From contig CAWCIZ010000006.1 of NCBI GenBank assembly GCA_963795855.1, positions 1-64,000 on the forward strand: 64,000 nucleotides of DNA. The letters are read 5' to 3'. The stretch comes from Vulcanimicrobiota bacterium. GTDB taxonomy: Bacteria > Vulcanimicrobiota > Vulcanimicrobiia > Vulcanimicrobiales > Vulcanimicrobiaceae. Under the pieces are notes generated by a model that did not search any database, was not told where the DNA came from, and was given only the letters and a program-made list of their open reading frames with translations. Position numbers and translations under genes: made by a program. Below are positions 8,575-21,259 of the stretch, one piece after another. Every line of letters starts with the position of its first letter. The first letter of the stretch is position 1.

Positions 8575-9300
8575 TCAGTCGGTCAGGTAATTGAGCAGCG
8601 CCAACGCGACAAGCGCGGCGGTTTCGGTTCGTAAGATACGGCGGCCGAGTGAGACGACATGTGCGCCGGCGGCCTTTGCAGCATCGGCTTCGCCATGCGA
8701 GAAACCGCCTTCGGGACCGACGACTATGAGCACGCTTCGCGTCGTTGCGACGATCTGCGGCAGACGTTCGCGAAGCGGCACGCCTTCCGCCAATTCCCAT
8801 GGAAAAAGCACGGCGTCGAACTCCGCGAACCGGCCGCAGAGGTCCGCGAACGCGATCGGATCCGCAACGTGCGGGACATCGTAGCGCCCGCACTGCAGCG
8901 CCGCGGTTTTCGCCAAACGCCGCCAGCGCTGGAGTTTATTCTCGCTGACGTCCGTGACCACCGTGCGCTCCGATTGCAGCGGCAGAATTCGCGCAACGCC
9001 GAGTTCGGTGAGTTTTTCGACCACGAAATCCATCTTCTGGCCTTTCGGTACGCCTTGCGCGACGGTAACTTCCAAACGCGCGCGCGTTTTGCCGGACGTA
9101 CGTTCACCGAGCGTTGCTCGAACGCTGCGGCCTTCGATGGAGAGCGTGGCCTGGAACTGCTGTGCTTTCGAATCGATAACCTCGACTGCATCGCCGCTGC
9201 GCTTGCGTAAAACGGCAACGATCTTGTGAGCGTCGGTTCCGTCGAGGGTTACGACGTCGCCGGGTTCGTGCGAACCTTCGACGAAAAACCGGTCACTCAG
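8575..9300 (-). CDS. rsmE: 16S rRNA m3U1498 methyltransferase (apparent CTG start)
   Basis: In-frame extension (L/M)[16 protein letters not shown] to a CTG at 9300; VEKLTELGV, VGPEGGFS, LGRRILRTETAA. Confidence 0.9.
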   Translation of the reverse strand: MSDRFFVEGSHEPGDVVTLDGTDAHKIVAVLRKRSGDAVEVIDSKAQQFQATLSIEGRSVRATLGERTSGKTRARLEVTVAQGVPKGQKMDFVVEKLTELGVARILPLQSERTVVTDVSENKLQRWRRLAKTAALQCGRYDVPHVADPIAFADLCGRFAEFDAVLFPWELAEGVPLRERLPQIVATTRSVLIVVGPEGGFSHGEADAAKAAGAHVVSLGRRILRTETAALVALALLNYLTD

Positions 9301-10430
9301 GTTTGAACGCGTCTTTCACTTTATCGAGGAACGAACGCTCGTCGACGTTGTCGCCGCCATGACGCGCGTATTCCTCCAGCAACTCGCGCTGCCGTTTGTT
9401 GATCTTGGACGGTACGACGACGTGAACCGTCACGACGTGGTCGCCGCGGTGGGTTCCGCGAACGGCCGGCATGCCGCGGCCGCGCATTCGGAACGTCGTT
9501 CCGCTTTGCGTACCGCCATTCATATTCAGCGCCAGTTCTCCGTCGAGCGAGGGAACCGTGATTTGCGCGCCCAGCGCCGCTTGCGGGAATGAAACCGGCA
9601 CGTCGACGTACGTATCGAGGCCGTCGCGTTTGAACAGCGCATGCGGCGCAATACTGAGGTAGACGTACAGATCGCCGGCCGGACCGCCGCGAATTCCCGC
9701 TTCGCCGCTGCCGTTGATGCGAATGCGGCTTCCGTCGTCAACGCCCGCCGGAACTTTGACCGTAAGGTGGCGCTCCACTTCGCGCCTTCCGCGGCCGCGC
9801 GCACGTCGGACACGGTTCTTGAATGACTTGACCTTCACCGCCGCATTTCGTACACGTCGACTGTGTCACGAATTGTCCGAGCGGCGTCTGACGCACCATG
9901 CGTTGCACGCCGCTCCCGCTGCAACGATCGCATGGAACCACCAGCGTGCCGGGCGAAGCACCGCTTCCGCGGCACGTTTCGCACTGCGCCAAATGACTGA
10001 ACTGGATTTCGCGCGTCGTCCCGCTGAACGACTCTTCGAGCGCGATCTCGAGATCGTACCGCAGATCGGATCCGCGCGCCGGCCCGCTGCGCCGTGCCTG
10101 TTGCTGCTGCGCTCCCATGCGGTCGCCGAAGAACATGTCGAAGATGTCGCCGAACCCGCCGGCGCCGCCAAAACCTTGACTGAATCCGCCGAAGTCGCCC
10201 ATGCCGCCGTTGCCGACGGTTCCGAAACGATCGTACTGCGCGCGCTTCTGCGGATCCGAGAGCACCTCGTATGCTTCGTTGATTTCCTTGAAGCGATGCT
10301 CGGCTTCCGCTTTGTTGTCCGCAACGTCGGGATGATGCTTGCGGGCAAGCCCGCGATACGCACGCTTAATGTCATCGGCGCTCGCGCCGCGGTTTACCCC
10401 GAGCACCTCATAGAAGTCTTTGGTCGGCAT
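9293..10430 (-). CDS. dnaJ: Chaperone DnaJ (apparent +1 frameshift ~9800)
   Basis: J domain with HPD, G/F region, CxxCxGxG repeats, C-terminal domain in the second frame. Confidence 0.95.
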
Positions 10431-10439
10431 CCTGCTGGG

Positions 10440-11510
10440 TTATTTGATCTCGACGTCGGTCAGTCGTTGGGAAAGTGTTTCCGCCGTACCCGAAGCGAGC
10501 GCCATCAAACGCCCGTACGGCATCCGGCGCGGCCCCAGAATGGAGAGCATCCCTATCGCGTGCTCCCCAAAACGGTACGGCACCGTTACGATGCTGAAGT
10601 CGGTCATTTCCTCCACGCCCAGCTCGTGACCGATTTTCGCAGCCGGCGCTTCGGCGTTCATCGAATCGGCAACGAGGTCGTACAACGTCTTTTGTTCTTC
10701 GACGATGCGCAAAATCGAGCGCAGCTTGCGCAAATCCTGAAATTCCGGCTGATCCAGCAAGTTTTGCGCCCCGGACGCGCTGACCGGTACGGTGTTTGCT
10801 GAGGAAGCGCTGCGCAGCGCATTGACCACCGCGTTCTTCAAATCGTCGTTGAGGTTCAGCTCTTGTGCCGCGGCGGCGACGTCACGCTCGCTTATTTCGC
10901 GCAGCGTGCGGTTTCCCAGGCGCGCGTTCAACGCGTTCGAAAAACGCGTGAGATCGTCGGGCGTCACATCGGTCGCGAGTTCGAACAGACTCTGTGCCGA
11001 AACGCCTATCGAAGTCACGACTATCGCGACCCCGGTTCGCGCGCTCAGCCAAATGAGCTGAATATGCTTGAAGGTAGTCGTCTCGTTGACGGGTTTCGTA
11101 ACGAACGCCACGTTTTTCGAAAGACGCCCGAGCAGGCGCGTCGTGCCTTCGATGATCTCGTCGAGCTCGCGGCTTGCATCGCGCAGTTCGTCCCGGATTC
11201 GCTTGCGATCGTCGGCCGGCAGCTGCTCCGGACGCATCAGTTGATCGACGTACGTGCGGTACCCGGCGTCCGAGGGAACGCGGCCTGCGGACGTGTGCGG
11301 CTGCACCAAATATCCGCCCGCTTCCAACTCCGCCATTTCGTTGCGAACGGTCGCGCTGCTCACGCCGAGGTTGTATTTCTGCGTGAGGGACTGCGAGGCC
11401 ACCGGTTCGGCCGTGGCAATATACTCGTACACTACCGTGGCGAGGATGTACGCCTTTCGACTGTCCAGTGCGCCGGCGGGCGCGCCTTCATCGTGGGAGC
11501 CGCTGCTCAT
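10440..11510 (-). CDS. hrcA: Heat-inducible transcription repressor
   Basis: YIATAEPVAS..VSSATVRNEMAELE..QPHTSAGRVPSDAGYRTYVD; ILGPRRMPY. Confidence 0.95.
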   Translation of the reverse strand: MSSGSHDEGAPAGALDSRKAYILATVVYEYIATAEPVASQSLTQKYNLGVSSATVRNEMAELEAGGYLVQPHTSAGRVPSDAGYRTYVDQLMRPEQLPADDRKRIRDELRDASRELDEIIEGTTRLLGRLSKNVAFVTKPVNETTTFKHIQLIWLSARTGVAIVVTSIGVSAQSLFELATDVTPDDLTRFSNALNARLGNRTLREISERDVAAAAQELNLNDDLKNAVVNALRSASSANTVPVSASGAQNLLDQPEFQDLRKLRSILRIVEEQKTLYDLVADSMNAEAPAAKIGHELGVEEMTDFSIVTVPYRFGEHAIGMLSILGPRRMPYGRLMALASGTAETLSQRLTDVEIK

Positions 11511-11519
11511 TGCTTTATC

Positions 11520-11546
11520 TTAGCAGTCTCGGCAAGGGAGTGCCAA
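11520..11546. promoter_or_regulatory. CIRCE operator overlapping the hrcA promoter
   Basis: TTAGCAGTC-N9-GAGTGCCAA versus consensus TTAGCACTC-N9-GAGTGCTAA. On the minus strand TTGGCA-N18-TAAGAT ends 6 nt before the ATG. Confidence 0.9.
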
Positions 11547-11587
11547 GACTTTACTTCGATGCGTGGCCATTCAGCGCTTGGCCGCTT

Positions 11588-12067
11588 TCAATTTTGCCGT
11601 GGAAGGACGCTCTCGACAGCCGTCTGGAGTTCGGTCCACGACAGTTCGCCCACCGATACGTACGTGACGTTGCCCGCGGCATCCAAAACCACGGTGTCCG
11701 GCACCTCTGAGAGCGAGTACGCGTGATAGATGCGGCTCTGCCTGTCGGCAACGACCGGCAGATTCAAGTCGTGGCTGCGCAAGTACGTAGCGGCCACGTT
11801 CGGATCTTCGTCCCAATCCACGGTGACGATTTCGACGCGGTTTCCATAGCGTTGCGCGAGGCGCTGGAAGTACGGCAGCTCGTCCAAACACGGCGGACAC
11901 CACGACGCCCAGAAATTGATGACGACCGGCTTGCCGCGCAGCGCTGAAAGCCGCTCGGTGCCCTGCGTCGTGCGGACGGAAAAATCCGGTGGCGGAACGC
12001 CGTAATGGATCGCCGTCAGGCCGGTGCCGGAAACCGCCAAAAGGACGAGCGCGACGAGGAATTTCAC
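11588..12067 (-). CDS. TlpA-family thiol-disulfide oxidoreductase
   Basis: N-terminal hydrophobic segment, VVINFWASWCPPC, cis-Pro VPDT. Confidence 0.9.
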   Translation of the reverse strand: MKFLVALVLLAVSGTGLTAIHYGVPPPDFSVRTTQGTERLSALRGKPVVINFWASWCPPCLDELPYFQRLAQRYGNRVEIVTVDWDEDPNVAATYLRSHDLNLPVVADRQSRIYHAYSLSEVPDTVVLDAAGNVTYVSVGELSWTELQTAVESVLPRQN

Positions 12068-12116
12068 GCCGACTTTTTCGGCAGGCATGCGGTGCCGTTC
12101 CCGGTAAATCGGCCGC

Positions 12117-14075
<1,959 letters not shown>

Positions 14076-14084
14076 CGGCTGCGC

Positions 14085-14792
14085 TCAGTGCAGCGTATAG
14101 GACGTCAAGAGACACAGGAAATGCGGGTTGTTCGGCACGTTGTCTAACTCCACGCGGACCGGCCCAATGTTATGCGCATATTGGAACGTGTCGAGCGGTG
14201 TGCCCGAAATTGTGTCGTGATACATGAGAGTCCCGCTCCACGTCCCTGCGGGCGTCGTAATGCTGCCGACATCGATGAGCGTACGAAGTATCTCACCCAA
14301 CGAGCCGCCGGGAAACGTCGAGGTGAAATTCCTCGACCCGTCCGGTAAATAAGGCGCTGCGCCGAATGCCGTGACGGTACCGCCGTTGAAGGAGACCGCG
14401 CTGATAAACGTGTTGCCGCTCCCGTCGTTCGACAACGTTTGGGTCACGCTAAACGACGCGGTCGGAATGCTCGCCGTTACCGAGTATCCGCCCGGAATAG
14501 CGTTGGCCACGATCGTTGCGGGAATCGCGCGGTTGCCGCACGTGTAGTTCCATCGGTCTTGGTCCGCGAGCGGAAAGAAACCGCTAGTTTGCAGGCCGGG
14601 TGCAAACGTGGGTGTGGGCGTCGGCGCCGGCGTCGAAGGCGAGGAGGTCGCATGCGGCGGTTCAGTCGAACGCGGCCCCGGGCCGCCCGACGTTTTGGGC
14701 ATTGTCGACGTTGTGCCGCCGCCGCCGCAGGCGACGAGTGCCAAAACGCTGCAAATACCCCATGCGATCGCTACTTTATTGATTTTAGTCAT
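14085..14792 (-). CDS. Hypothetical lipoprotein with Pro/Thr linker
   Basis: Lipobox LVAC followed by GGGG and a PTPTP linker. Confidence 0.75.
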   Translation of the reverse strand: MTKINKVAIAWGICSVLALVACGGGGTTSTMPKTSGGPGPRSTEPPHATSSPSTPAPTPTPTFAPGLQTSGFFPLADQDRWNYTCGNRAIPATIVANAIPGGYSVTASIPTASFSVTQTLSNDGSGNTFISAVSFNGGTVTAFGAAPYLPDGSRNFTSTFPGGSLGEILRTLIDVGSITTPAGTWSGTLMYHDTISGTPLDTFQYAHNIGPVRVELDNVPNNPHFLCLLTSYTLH

Positions 14793-14923
14793 TTACCTAC
14801 ACGCTTGCCCCCTCGCCCATGGTACGCGAAAGACGCCAATGGGGCGCGCGCTAGGCTGCCTACTTAGGGACCATCATCGTCCCTGCTTTTTTATGGTGCG
14901 TTCGGCTTATCGATGTAGTGCGT

Positions 14924-15890
14924 TTAGGGCTTGGGCGATTTTCCGGCGAGAATGTCGCGTACGCTCCGCGATGGATAGCCGACGCGCGCATTGAGGCTGT
15001 CCGCCCACGCCCATACGGTGAGGTCGCGCAGTTCGGCGGCACCGGCCGCCAGACGCGCTGCGGTGAATTGCACCGCCTGGGGACTGCCGCTCGCGAAACC
15101 GCCGGCCTTTTCGATTTGGTAGAGCTGCGGCACCGTGCGGTTCGTTTGGGCGAGATAACGCGAAATTTCGCGTAGAACGGTTCCCTGCGCAAGCAAGTCC
15201 GAAGATGCGTGCAACGAGGTAGCGCGCGGCATGAGCGACGCAACGCGCTGCTCGCTCACGTATGCGTTGACGAACCGGCCCTCGAACATTGCGTGCGTTC
15301 GGCGCGATTCCGTGTACCCGTTCGGATTCGGGTATCGTCCCCAACCGTTGAAATGCACCGTCACGTGCAGCGGTTGGCACGCATCCGCGACGTAATGGCC
15401 CCACGTGCCGATGTCGCGCAGAATCAGTCTGCTGGTCGATCGCGCGCGCTTCACCCCGGTCCACGCGCCAGTACGCAAAATCTTCGCGGACCTGCTCCCA
15501 CCCGTCCAGCAATGTATATGGAAGAAACCCTTGCCGGTATTGATCCGTATTCGCCGCGCGCAGCGCGTCGTCGTACGCCTCACGCGAGGCCGGCAAAGCC
15601 GTGAGTCGGAGGGCTCCCGCGACGGTTCCGTCATCTTGCACGTCGAGATAATGGCCGGGATCGTAATCCGAGTCCCACGATTTTCCCGATCCTTTGAGGC
15701 GATCCGGTTCCGGTCCCAGGTACGTAATTTCGAACGTCGCCTGTGCACTCGTGACGAACGCGGGCAAACGCCCCGCAAAGCCTTTCGCAGCGAGATTGTT
15801 GACGATTTCGTGGCCCTTCTGTTCCCACGCAACGGCCGGTGCCGCGCACGCGATAACCGCAGCGGCGATAAGGACAGCGATGCGACTCAT
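14924..15890 (-). CDS. Secreted S1/P1 nuclease / Zn-dependent phospholipase C family (apparent +1 frameshift ~15429)
   Basis: Signal peptide then W-E-Q-K-G-H; GHYLD; GHYVADACQPLH; HAMFE. Confidence 0.85.
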
Positions 15891-17800
15891 TACTTCTGAA
15901 AAAACTCCGTCAGTTCGTCCAAGTGCGTGATGCGCGCAGCAGGCGGTAAGGCGTTCAGAATTACCGCGCCGTAACGCGAAGACGTCGCGCGTCCATCGAG
16001 GAGCGCGACGAGTCCCTTATCGCTTTTACTGCGAATGAGCCGTCCGAACCCCTGTTTGAGGCGCACGATCGCGGAAGGAATCATGTAGTGCTCGAAGCCG
16101 CTTTGACCGCGCGCTTCGAGCGATTCGACGCGCGCCTGGACCAGCGGATCGGCCGGCGAGGGGAACGGAAGCCGATCGATGATGACGCATGAAAGCTGCT
16201 CGCCGACCACGTCGATGCCTTCCCAAAACGTTCCCGTCGCGAAAAGCACGGCGTTCGGCGTCGAGCGGAACCATTCGAGTAAATGCGTGCGCGGCAGTTC
16301 GCCCTGCAGGCGAATCGGAAATGGAATGCGTTCCCGCACGAGCGCGTACACCTCGCGTAAGCGCGCGTACGAGGTGAACAGGACGAATGCGCGCCCACGG
16401 CTTCGATCCAAACATTCTTCTACCAGCGGCGCGGCCCGGCGCGCGAAGTCGGCGGCCTTCGGATTGAGCGCTGGCGGCGCAACGTAGAGGCGCGCCTGTT
16501 TGGGGTAATCGAACGGCGAGGGCGCGATGAGCTCTTGCGCGTGCGCAACCCCCAGCGAGCGCTTGAGAAAATCGAATGCGCCGCGATCGACGGACGATGC
16601 GTTTGCGATCGTCGCGCTGGTCAGAACGACGCTGGAGGTGCGTTCGAACAGCGCGGCTTGCAAAAAATCGGCTACGTCGAACGGCGCGCTGTTCACTTGG
16701 TATCGTGCGTCGTTTTCGCCGCGCTCGACCCAAGCGATCGCTGTTTCCGTCGGCTGCTGGGCGCGATCGATCGTGGCTTGATGCGCGAGAATCGCCCGCA
16801 TTGCCAGATCCCGCCGGCGTTCCGCTTCCGCATCGTTCTGCGGCCGTTTCTTGAGCGCGTCGTGCCAGTTGGCGTAGAGCCAGTTCTCGAGCTTGTACAG
16901 CGTCTCGCGCAGCGTTTCGAGGGCCGGCCACGCCTCTTCGTTCGCGTGCAGCGGATACCGGTCTCCCGGCACGCGCGCCAGCGCCGATTCCAGACCGCGC
17001 ATGCCGCCCTCGAAGTCCGCGTCGAAATGCCCGGGCAGCGCGTACGAGCGGTGCATCTTTCGCAGCATCCGTCCAACCGTCGCGCGCGATAGCGTCGCGG
17101 TCAAGGCCGCCGTCGCCCAGCGTTCGCACTGATGCGCCTCATCGAGAATCGCGAAGTCGTACGGCGGCAGCAATCCGCCGCCCATCGCCAAATCTAGAAA
17201 GAACAGCGCGTGATTGACGACCACGATGTCGGCGTACTTCGCCTCGTCGCGCTTACGGAAAAAGAAGCAGTCGCGAAAATGTTCGCAAAACTCGCCGACG
17301 CAATCGTCCGCATCCGCATCGAGCTGCTCCCATTCATCGCTCGGCGGCGTGAAGGGCAGTTCGGCGCGATCGCCGGTTTCCGTCCGGTCGCCCCAGACCC
17401 ACATTTGCTGCATCGTGCGCGACGACGCCAGCAACCGCTCCGAACGCATGCGTTCCAATTTTTGCTTGCACAGATACTGACTGCGCCCCTTGAGCAGCGT
17501 TATGCGCGCCGGAATGCCGAGCGCGCGAGTCACGAGCGGAATGTCTTTATGGTAGAGCTGCTCTTGCAGCGCGATCGTCCCGGTGGAAACAACGATCTTT
17601 TTTCCGCTGCGCAGCGCGGGAATCAGATACGCAAGCGATTTGCCGACGCCGGTGCCCGCTTCCACGATCGTGTGCATGCCTTCGAGGAATCCGCGCTCGA
17701 CCAGCTGTGCCATTTGCACCTGTCCGGGACGCGCTTCGAAGCCTTCCAGCACACGTTCGATCGGACCGCCTGCGGCGAAGACGTCGTCAAGTGCGATCAT
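15890..17800 (-). CDS. ATP-dependent DNA helicase, DinG/YoaA family
   Basis: EAGTGVGKS, Fe-S Cys residues, ILDEAH, FWEGIDVVG, LKQGFGRLIR. Confidence 0.93.
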   Translation of the reverse strand: MIALDDVFAAGGPIERVLEGFEARPGQVQMAQLVERGFLEGMHTIVEAGTGVGKSLAYLIPALRSGKKIVVSTGTIALQEQLYHKDIPLVTRALGIPARITLLKGRSQYLCKQKLERMRSERLLASSRTMQQMWVWGDRTETGDRAELPFTPPSDEWEQLDADADDCVGEFCEHFRDCFFFRKRDEAKYADIVVVNHALFFLDLAMGGGLLPPYDFAILDEAHQCERWATAALTATLSRATVGRMLRKMHRSYALPGHFDADFEGGMRGLESALARVPGDRYPLHANEEAWPALETLRETLYKLENWLYANWHDALKKRPQNDAEAERRRDLAMRAILAHQATIDRAQQPTETAIAWVERGENDARYQVNSAPFDVADFLQAALFERTSSVVLTSATIANASSVDRGAFDFLKRSLGVAHAQELIAPSPFDYPKQARLYVAPPALNPKAADFARRAAPLVEECLDRSRGRAFVLFTSYARLREVYALVRERIPFPIRLQGELPRTHLLEWFRSTPNAVLFATGTFWEGIDVVGEQLSCVIIDRLPFPSPADPLVQARVESLEARGQSGFEHYMIPSAIVRLKQGFGRLIRSKSDKGLVALLDGRATSSRYGAVILNALPPAARITHLDELTEFFQK

Positions 17801-18434
17801 CGGGCATCTCAACCTGCGAGGGATATTCCACGCCGGTCGACGCATCGTATGCGCGCGTCATCACCGGACGCGGCGGCGAGTAAATGACGTACGTGAAGAC
17901 GAAGCCGGCGATCAAGCCGCCGATGTGCGCCTGCCACGAAATGCCGGGGAACGAGAACGACCAGACCAAGTTCAAAATGAGGATGCCGACGTTCGAACGC
18001 ACCAGCGCGCGGCCCGGTTCGCCCAGTTTCAAACCAATCGCGAAGAGCGCCCCGAAGAGCCCGAAGATCGCTCCGCTCGCGCCTAGCGTCGAAACGTTCG
18101 GCGGCGAAAAATACACGATGCTCAAGCCGGATACGATGAGCGACACGAAATATACGAGCGTCATGCGCACGGGCCGCAGCGCCATTTCGATGAAGCGCCC
18201 GAGCCAGTACAGCGAGAGCATGTTCACGCCGATGTGGACGATGCTGCCGTGTAAAAACGCGGCGGTGATGATGCGATAGTACTCGTGGTTGATCAGCACG
18301 TCGTTCGGCGCGAGCAGGCCGTTGTCGATCGCGGTGCCGGACGGAATCTTTCCGCTGAAGACGCCCGGACCGCCGACGCGCAATTCCCACAAAAAACCCA
18401 GGACGTTGAGCGCAACCAGGATGCGAGTGATCAA
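17787..18434 (-). CDS. Rhomboid family intramembrane serine protease
   Basis: FLHGSIVHIGVNM, GASGAIFG, ISWQAHIGG; TTG start. Confidence 0.9.
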   Translation of the reverse strand: MITRILVALNVLGFLWELRVGGPGVFSGKIPSGTAIDNGLLAPNDVLINHEYYRIITAAFLHGSIVHIGVNMLSLYWLGRFIEMALRPVRMTLVYFVSLIVSGLSIVYFSPPNVSTLGASGAIFGLFGALFAIGLKLGEPGRALVRSNVGILILNLVWSFSFPGISWQAHIGGLIAGFVFTYVIYSPPRPVMTRAYDASTGVEYPSQVEMPDDRT

Positions 18435-18435
18435 G

Positions 18436-19122
18436 TCAGACGTTCGCTGCGGGAATCGGTTCCGCGACCACGACCATACGCGCCAGTTCCAATGAAATCG
18501 CATGGCGTTGCGCATCTATTGCAACGGTCATTGGACCGCCGAGCGGCGCTTTTTCTTCGACGCGCACGCGCGCACCGGGACGCAGCCCAACCTCGCCGAG
18601 ATAGCGAAGCATCTCCGGAACTTCTTGCGTTACGCCTTGCACGACGGCATCGCTGCCGATCTCCAGCTGCGCGAGCGGAATGCCGCTGCGATCCGGCTCG
18701 CTCAAGTCTTTCGGTGGAATCGGCAATCCATGCGGACAGACTTTCGGATCGCCGAGAATAGCGACCAGCCGCTCTTCCACGTTTTCCGAGATCGCGTGTT
18801 CGAGCATGCACGCCTCCTGCTGCACCTGATCCCACGGCATGCCGAGCACGTCCGTCAGTAATCGCTCGGCGAGACGATGTCGGCGCAGAACTCTCACCGC
18901 CACTTCCAGCCCGCGGCGCGTCAGGGTGACTTCACCGCGCGCGACGTGCTCCAAATAGCCGTCGGCCGCGAGTTTTTTCAGCATGCCCGACACGGACGCC
19001 GGCGCCACGCCCAATTCCGATGCCAAGCCGGACGTCGTGACGCCCGGGCCTTCGCGCTCCAAACGATAAACCGCCTCGAGATATTCCTCGGTCGACTCGG
19101 CGAAATGGCTATGGCCCGACAT
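18436..19122 (-). CDS. DtxR/IdeR/MntR metal-dependent regulator with FeoA-like domain
   Basis: EEYLEAVY, RRHRLAERLL, EACMLEH, CPHGLPIP. Confidence 0.92.
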   Translation of the reverse strand: MSGHSHFAESTEEYLEAVYRLEREGPGVTTSGLASELGVAPASVSGMLKKLAADGYLEHVARGEVTLTRRGLEVAVRVLRRHRLAERLLTDVLGMPWDQVQQEACMLEHAISENVEERLVAILGDPKVCPHGLPIPPKDLSEPDRSGIPLAQLEIGSDAVVQGVTQEVPEMLRYLGEVGLRPGARVRVEEKAPLGGPMTVAIDAQRHAISLELARMVVVAEPIPAANV

Positions 19123-20165
19123 GCTGCCGGTAAAGTTCGAGCCGCCGGTGCAGGGCGGCCTTCCGCTGCGCCGGCGCAAAGCTCGGCGTCGACGGCATTT
19201 CCTACGAACCGCACGAGCGCTTCGAGCCCCGCCAGGTCGGCGACGTACGCATACTCGTCGGTAAGCGTCGTGCGGAAGAGTGCCGGGTCGTCGGCGTCTA
19301 TCGTTACGACGCAACCCTTCGCATCCAACTGTAGCAGCGGATGCGGCTCGCCGGGCTTCGCAACGCCGGTCATCAGGTTCGACGTAGGACAGATCTCGAG
19401 CGGAATACGTTTGCGAGCCAATAGTTCCACGACGCTCGCATCTTCGAGCGCACGAATGCCGTGTCCGATGCGTTCGGCGCCTAACACCTCAACCGCCGCG
19501 CGCACGCTTTGCGCGCCGGCCGCTTCGCCGGCATGCGCAACCGTATGCAAACCCGCATCGCGCGCGTATGCATATACGTCCTGGAAGAGCTCGGCCGGGT
19601 AGCGCGCTTCATCGCCGCCCAGGCCGATGCCCACGACGCCCAGATCGCGCAATTCGATCGCCATGCGCGTCGTTTTCATCGCGCTTTCGACGCCGAAGTT
19701 GCGCGTAACGTCGGCGATGAGAAACACTTCCAGATACGGCTTTGCCGGGTCGAATGCATCGCGCATTGCCTGCACGCACTCGCGCACGTTGATGTCCGGA
19801 TGAAAGAATTGCCAGACCGAGGGAGAGATGAAGAGTTCGGCATGCACGACGTTCTGCGCAAGGGCATCCTCGACGTATTCGGCCGCCAGCCTGCCGTAAT
19901 CGCCCGGCTCAGCGAGCGAGCGGCTTACGGCGGCGAAGGTCAGGAGGAACTGCTGGAAATCCGCAAAGCGATAGACGCTGTCCGGGTCCGCCGCCGCGGA
20001 TTGCGCAAAACGCCCCGCACCGCGCACTTGGTCTCCATGGTAAGTAAGCGCAACCCCATGCCTGCGCGCCAGGTCTACGAAGGTAGCGGCACGCAGCGTT
20101 CCCTCGAGATGGCAGTGCAGCTGAACTTTCGGGATGCTACGCAGGAGTTCGGCGGTCGTCATCAC
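19109..20165 (-). CDS. add: Adenosine deaminase (apparent +1 frameshift ~19185)
   Basis: PKVQLHCHLEG, AHAGE, RIGHG, EICPTSN, DADDP. The corrected C-terminus DASFAPAQRKAAL..P ends at a TAG at 19109. Confidence 0.9.
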
Positions 20166-20214
20166 GTATATGAGGGTTCGCGACGCGCCACGATGGCGCT
20201 AGTGTCATCCACGA

Positions 20215-20291
<77 letters not shown>

Positions 20292-20294
20292 AGT

Positions 20295-20336
20295 ACAGGT
20301 CCAATAATTGAACAATTATTGGACCTGTTTGCTTTT
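20295..20336 (+). terminator. 16-bp perfect inverted repeat plus T-rich tail after the tRNA
   Basis: ACAGGTCCAATAATTG-aa-CAATTATTGGACCTGT-ttgctttt. Confidence 0.75.
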
Positions 20337-20514
20337 CCGTGCTGCAATAATTGGACCATTCCTTTGCGCAGACGCCGCACTTTTGCAGCGCTTACCTGGA
20401 GCCCCAGGGTCGCCTCGACCGGCACCATTTGCAAGCGAGGAGCGGCAGCTGGACATCCTCCGGGGCAACGGGCATCATGGACAGCGCGCTGGAAAAGCGC
20501 GAAGGAGGGCCAGG

Positions 20515-20769
20515 ATGAAAGAAGAGCCGTCGATGCGGGCGACCTGCGCCGGCATGGTGCCAGGCGAGGGCATCTCGGAGGAGGAGCGCCGCAGGCGCGA
20601 CCTCTCATACAAGCCGAAGAGCGTCCGCAAGCGTTCGCCGTATGCGGAAGAGAAATGCGCAGCCCGAGCCGCGCTCGATCAGCCGTGCTGGCGCATCGCG
20701 ACGGTGATCATCGACAACGTACCTCTCTGCCACCAGCACGCGCGGCAGACGTACGACCGCACGTGCTAG
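20515..20769 (+). CDS. Small hypothetical protein with a Cys/His motif (C-x9-C-x13-C-x2-H)
   Basis: GAAGGAGGG RBS, ATG at 20515; KCAARAALDQPCWR..PLCHQH. Confidence 0.55.
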   Translation: MKEEPSMRATCAGMVPGEGISEEERRRRDLSYKPKSVRKRSPYAEEKCAARAALDQPCWRIATVIIDNVPLCHQHARQTYDRTC

Positions 20770-20855
20770 ACGGTGGAACGTCGCTAAAGGTCCGCAAGGC
20801 GAGCGACGTGTTCGCGAACGAAGCGGAGTAAGCATAAGCACGCGAGCCCACGCGA

Positions 20856-21221
20856 CTATGCGCTGTCCTCGCTGCGCATCATACAAAACACAACTGTGTA
20901 TATCGCTATTATTGTGGCATTTACTGTGCCACCAAATATTAGGGCAGTGAAGGCTCCTCCAATTGGCTGATCAGAGAAGGCAAATGCATTTCCTACGTAA
21001 GAAGCGATAATTCCAATCGCAGCGAAAATCGCCAAAGTTCTCGCCCGACACCGTTCAATTGCTCCTACAACTTGTACGGGTAGCAGTAAAAGGGACGCGC
21101 TAAACATGCCCAGCGCGTTAGGAAAGCCGATCCGAGTCTCTATCGTTATGATAGCGAAAGTTCCTACCGCGCAATATGCAGCGACCCCGCACACGAGCGC
21201 TATCTTACGTTCTAATTTCAT
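20856..21221 (-). CDS. Low-GC 4-TM membrane protein (immunity-like)
   Basis: MKLERKIALVCGV..., four hydrophobic segments, AT-rich codons. Confidence 0.6.
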   Translation of the reverse strand: MKLERKIALVCGVAAYCAVGTFAIITIETRIGFPNALGMFSASLLLLPVQVVGAIERCRARTLAIFAAIGIIASYVGNAFAFSDQPIGGAFTALIFGGTVNATIIAIYTVVFCMMRSEDSA

Positions 21222-21259
21222 AACGGCTTCTGTTTTGTAGGGTTGGCCAACGAGTTGGG

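Noticed and set aside
9790..9810. Programmed frameshifting or true pseudogenes (dnaJ, infB, ribF and others)
   Set aside because: There are no shared slippery motifs, essential genes are affected, and the uniform +1 pattern fits sequencing error.
14810..14890. Riboswitch-like hairpins (GAAA loop) upstream of the lipoprotein gene
   Set aside because: The GAAA loop is on the non-transcribed strand and no recognisable riboswitch consensus is present.
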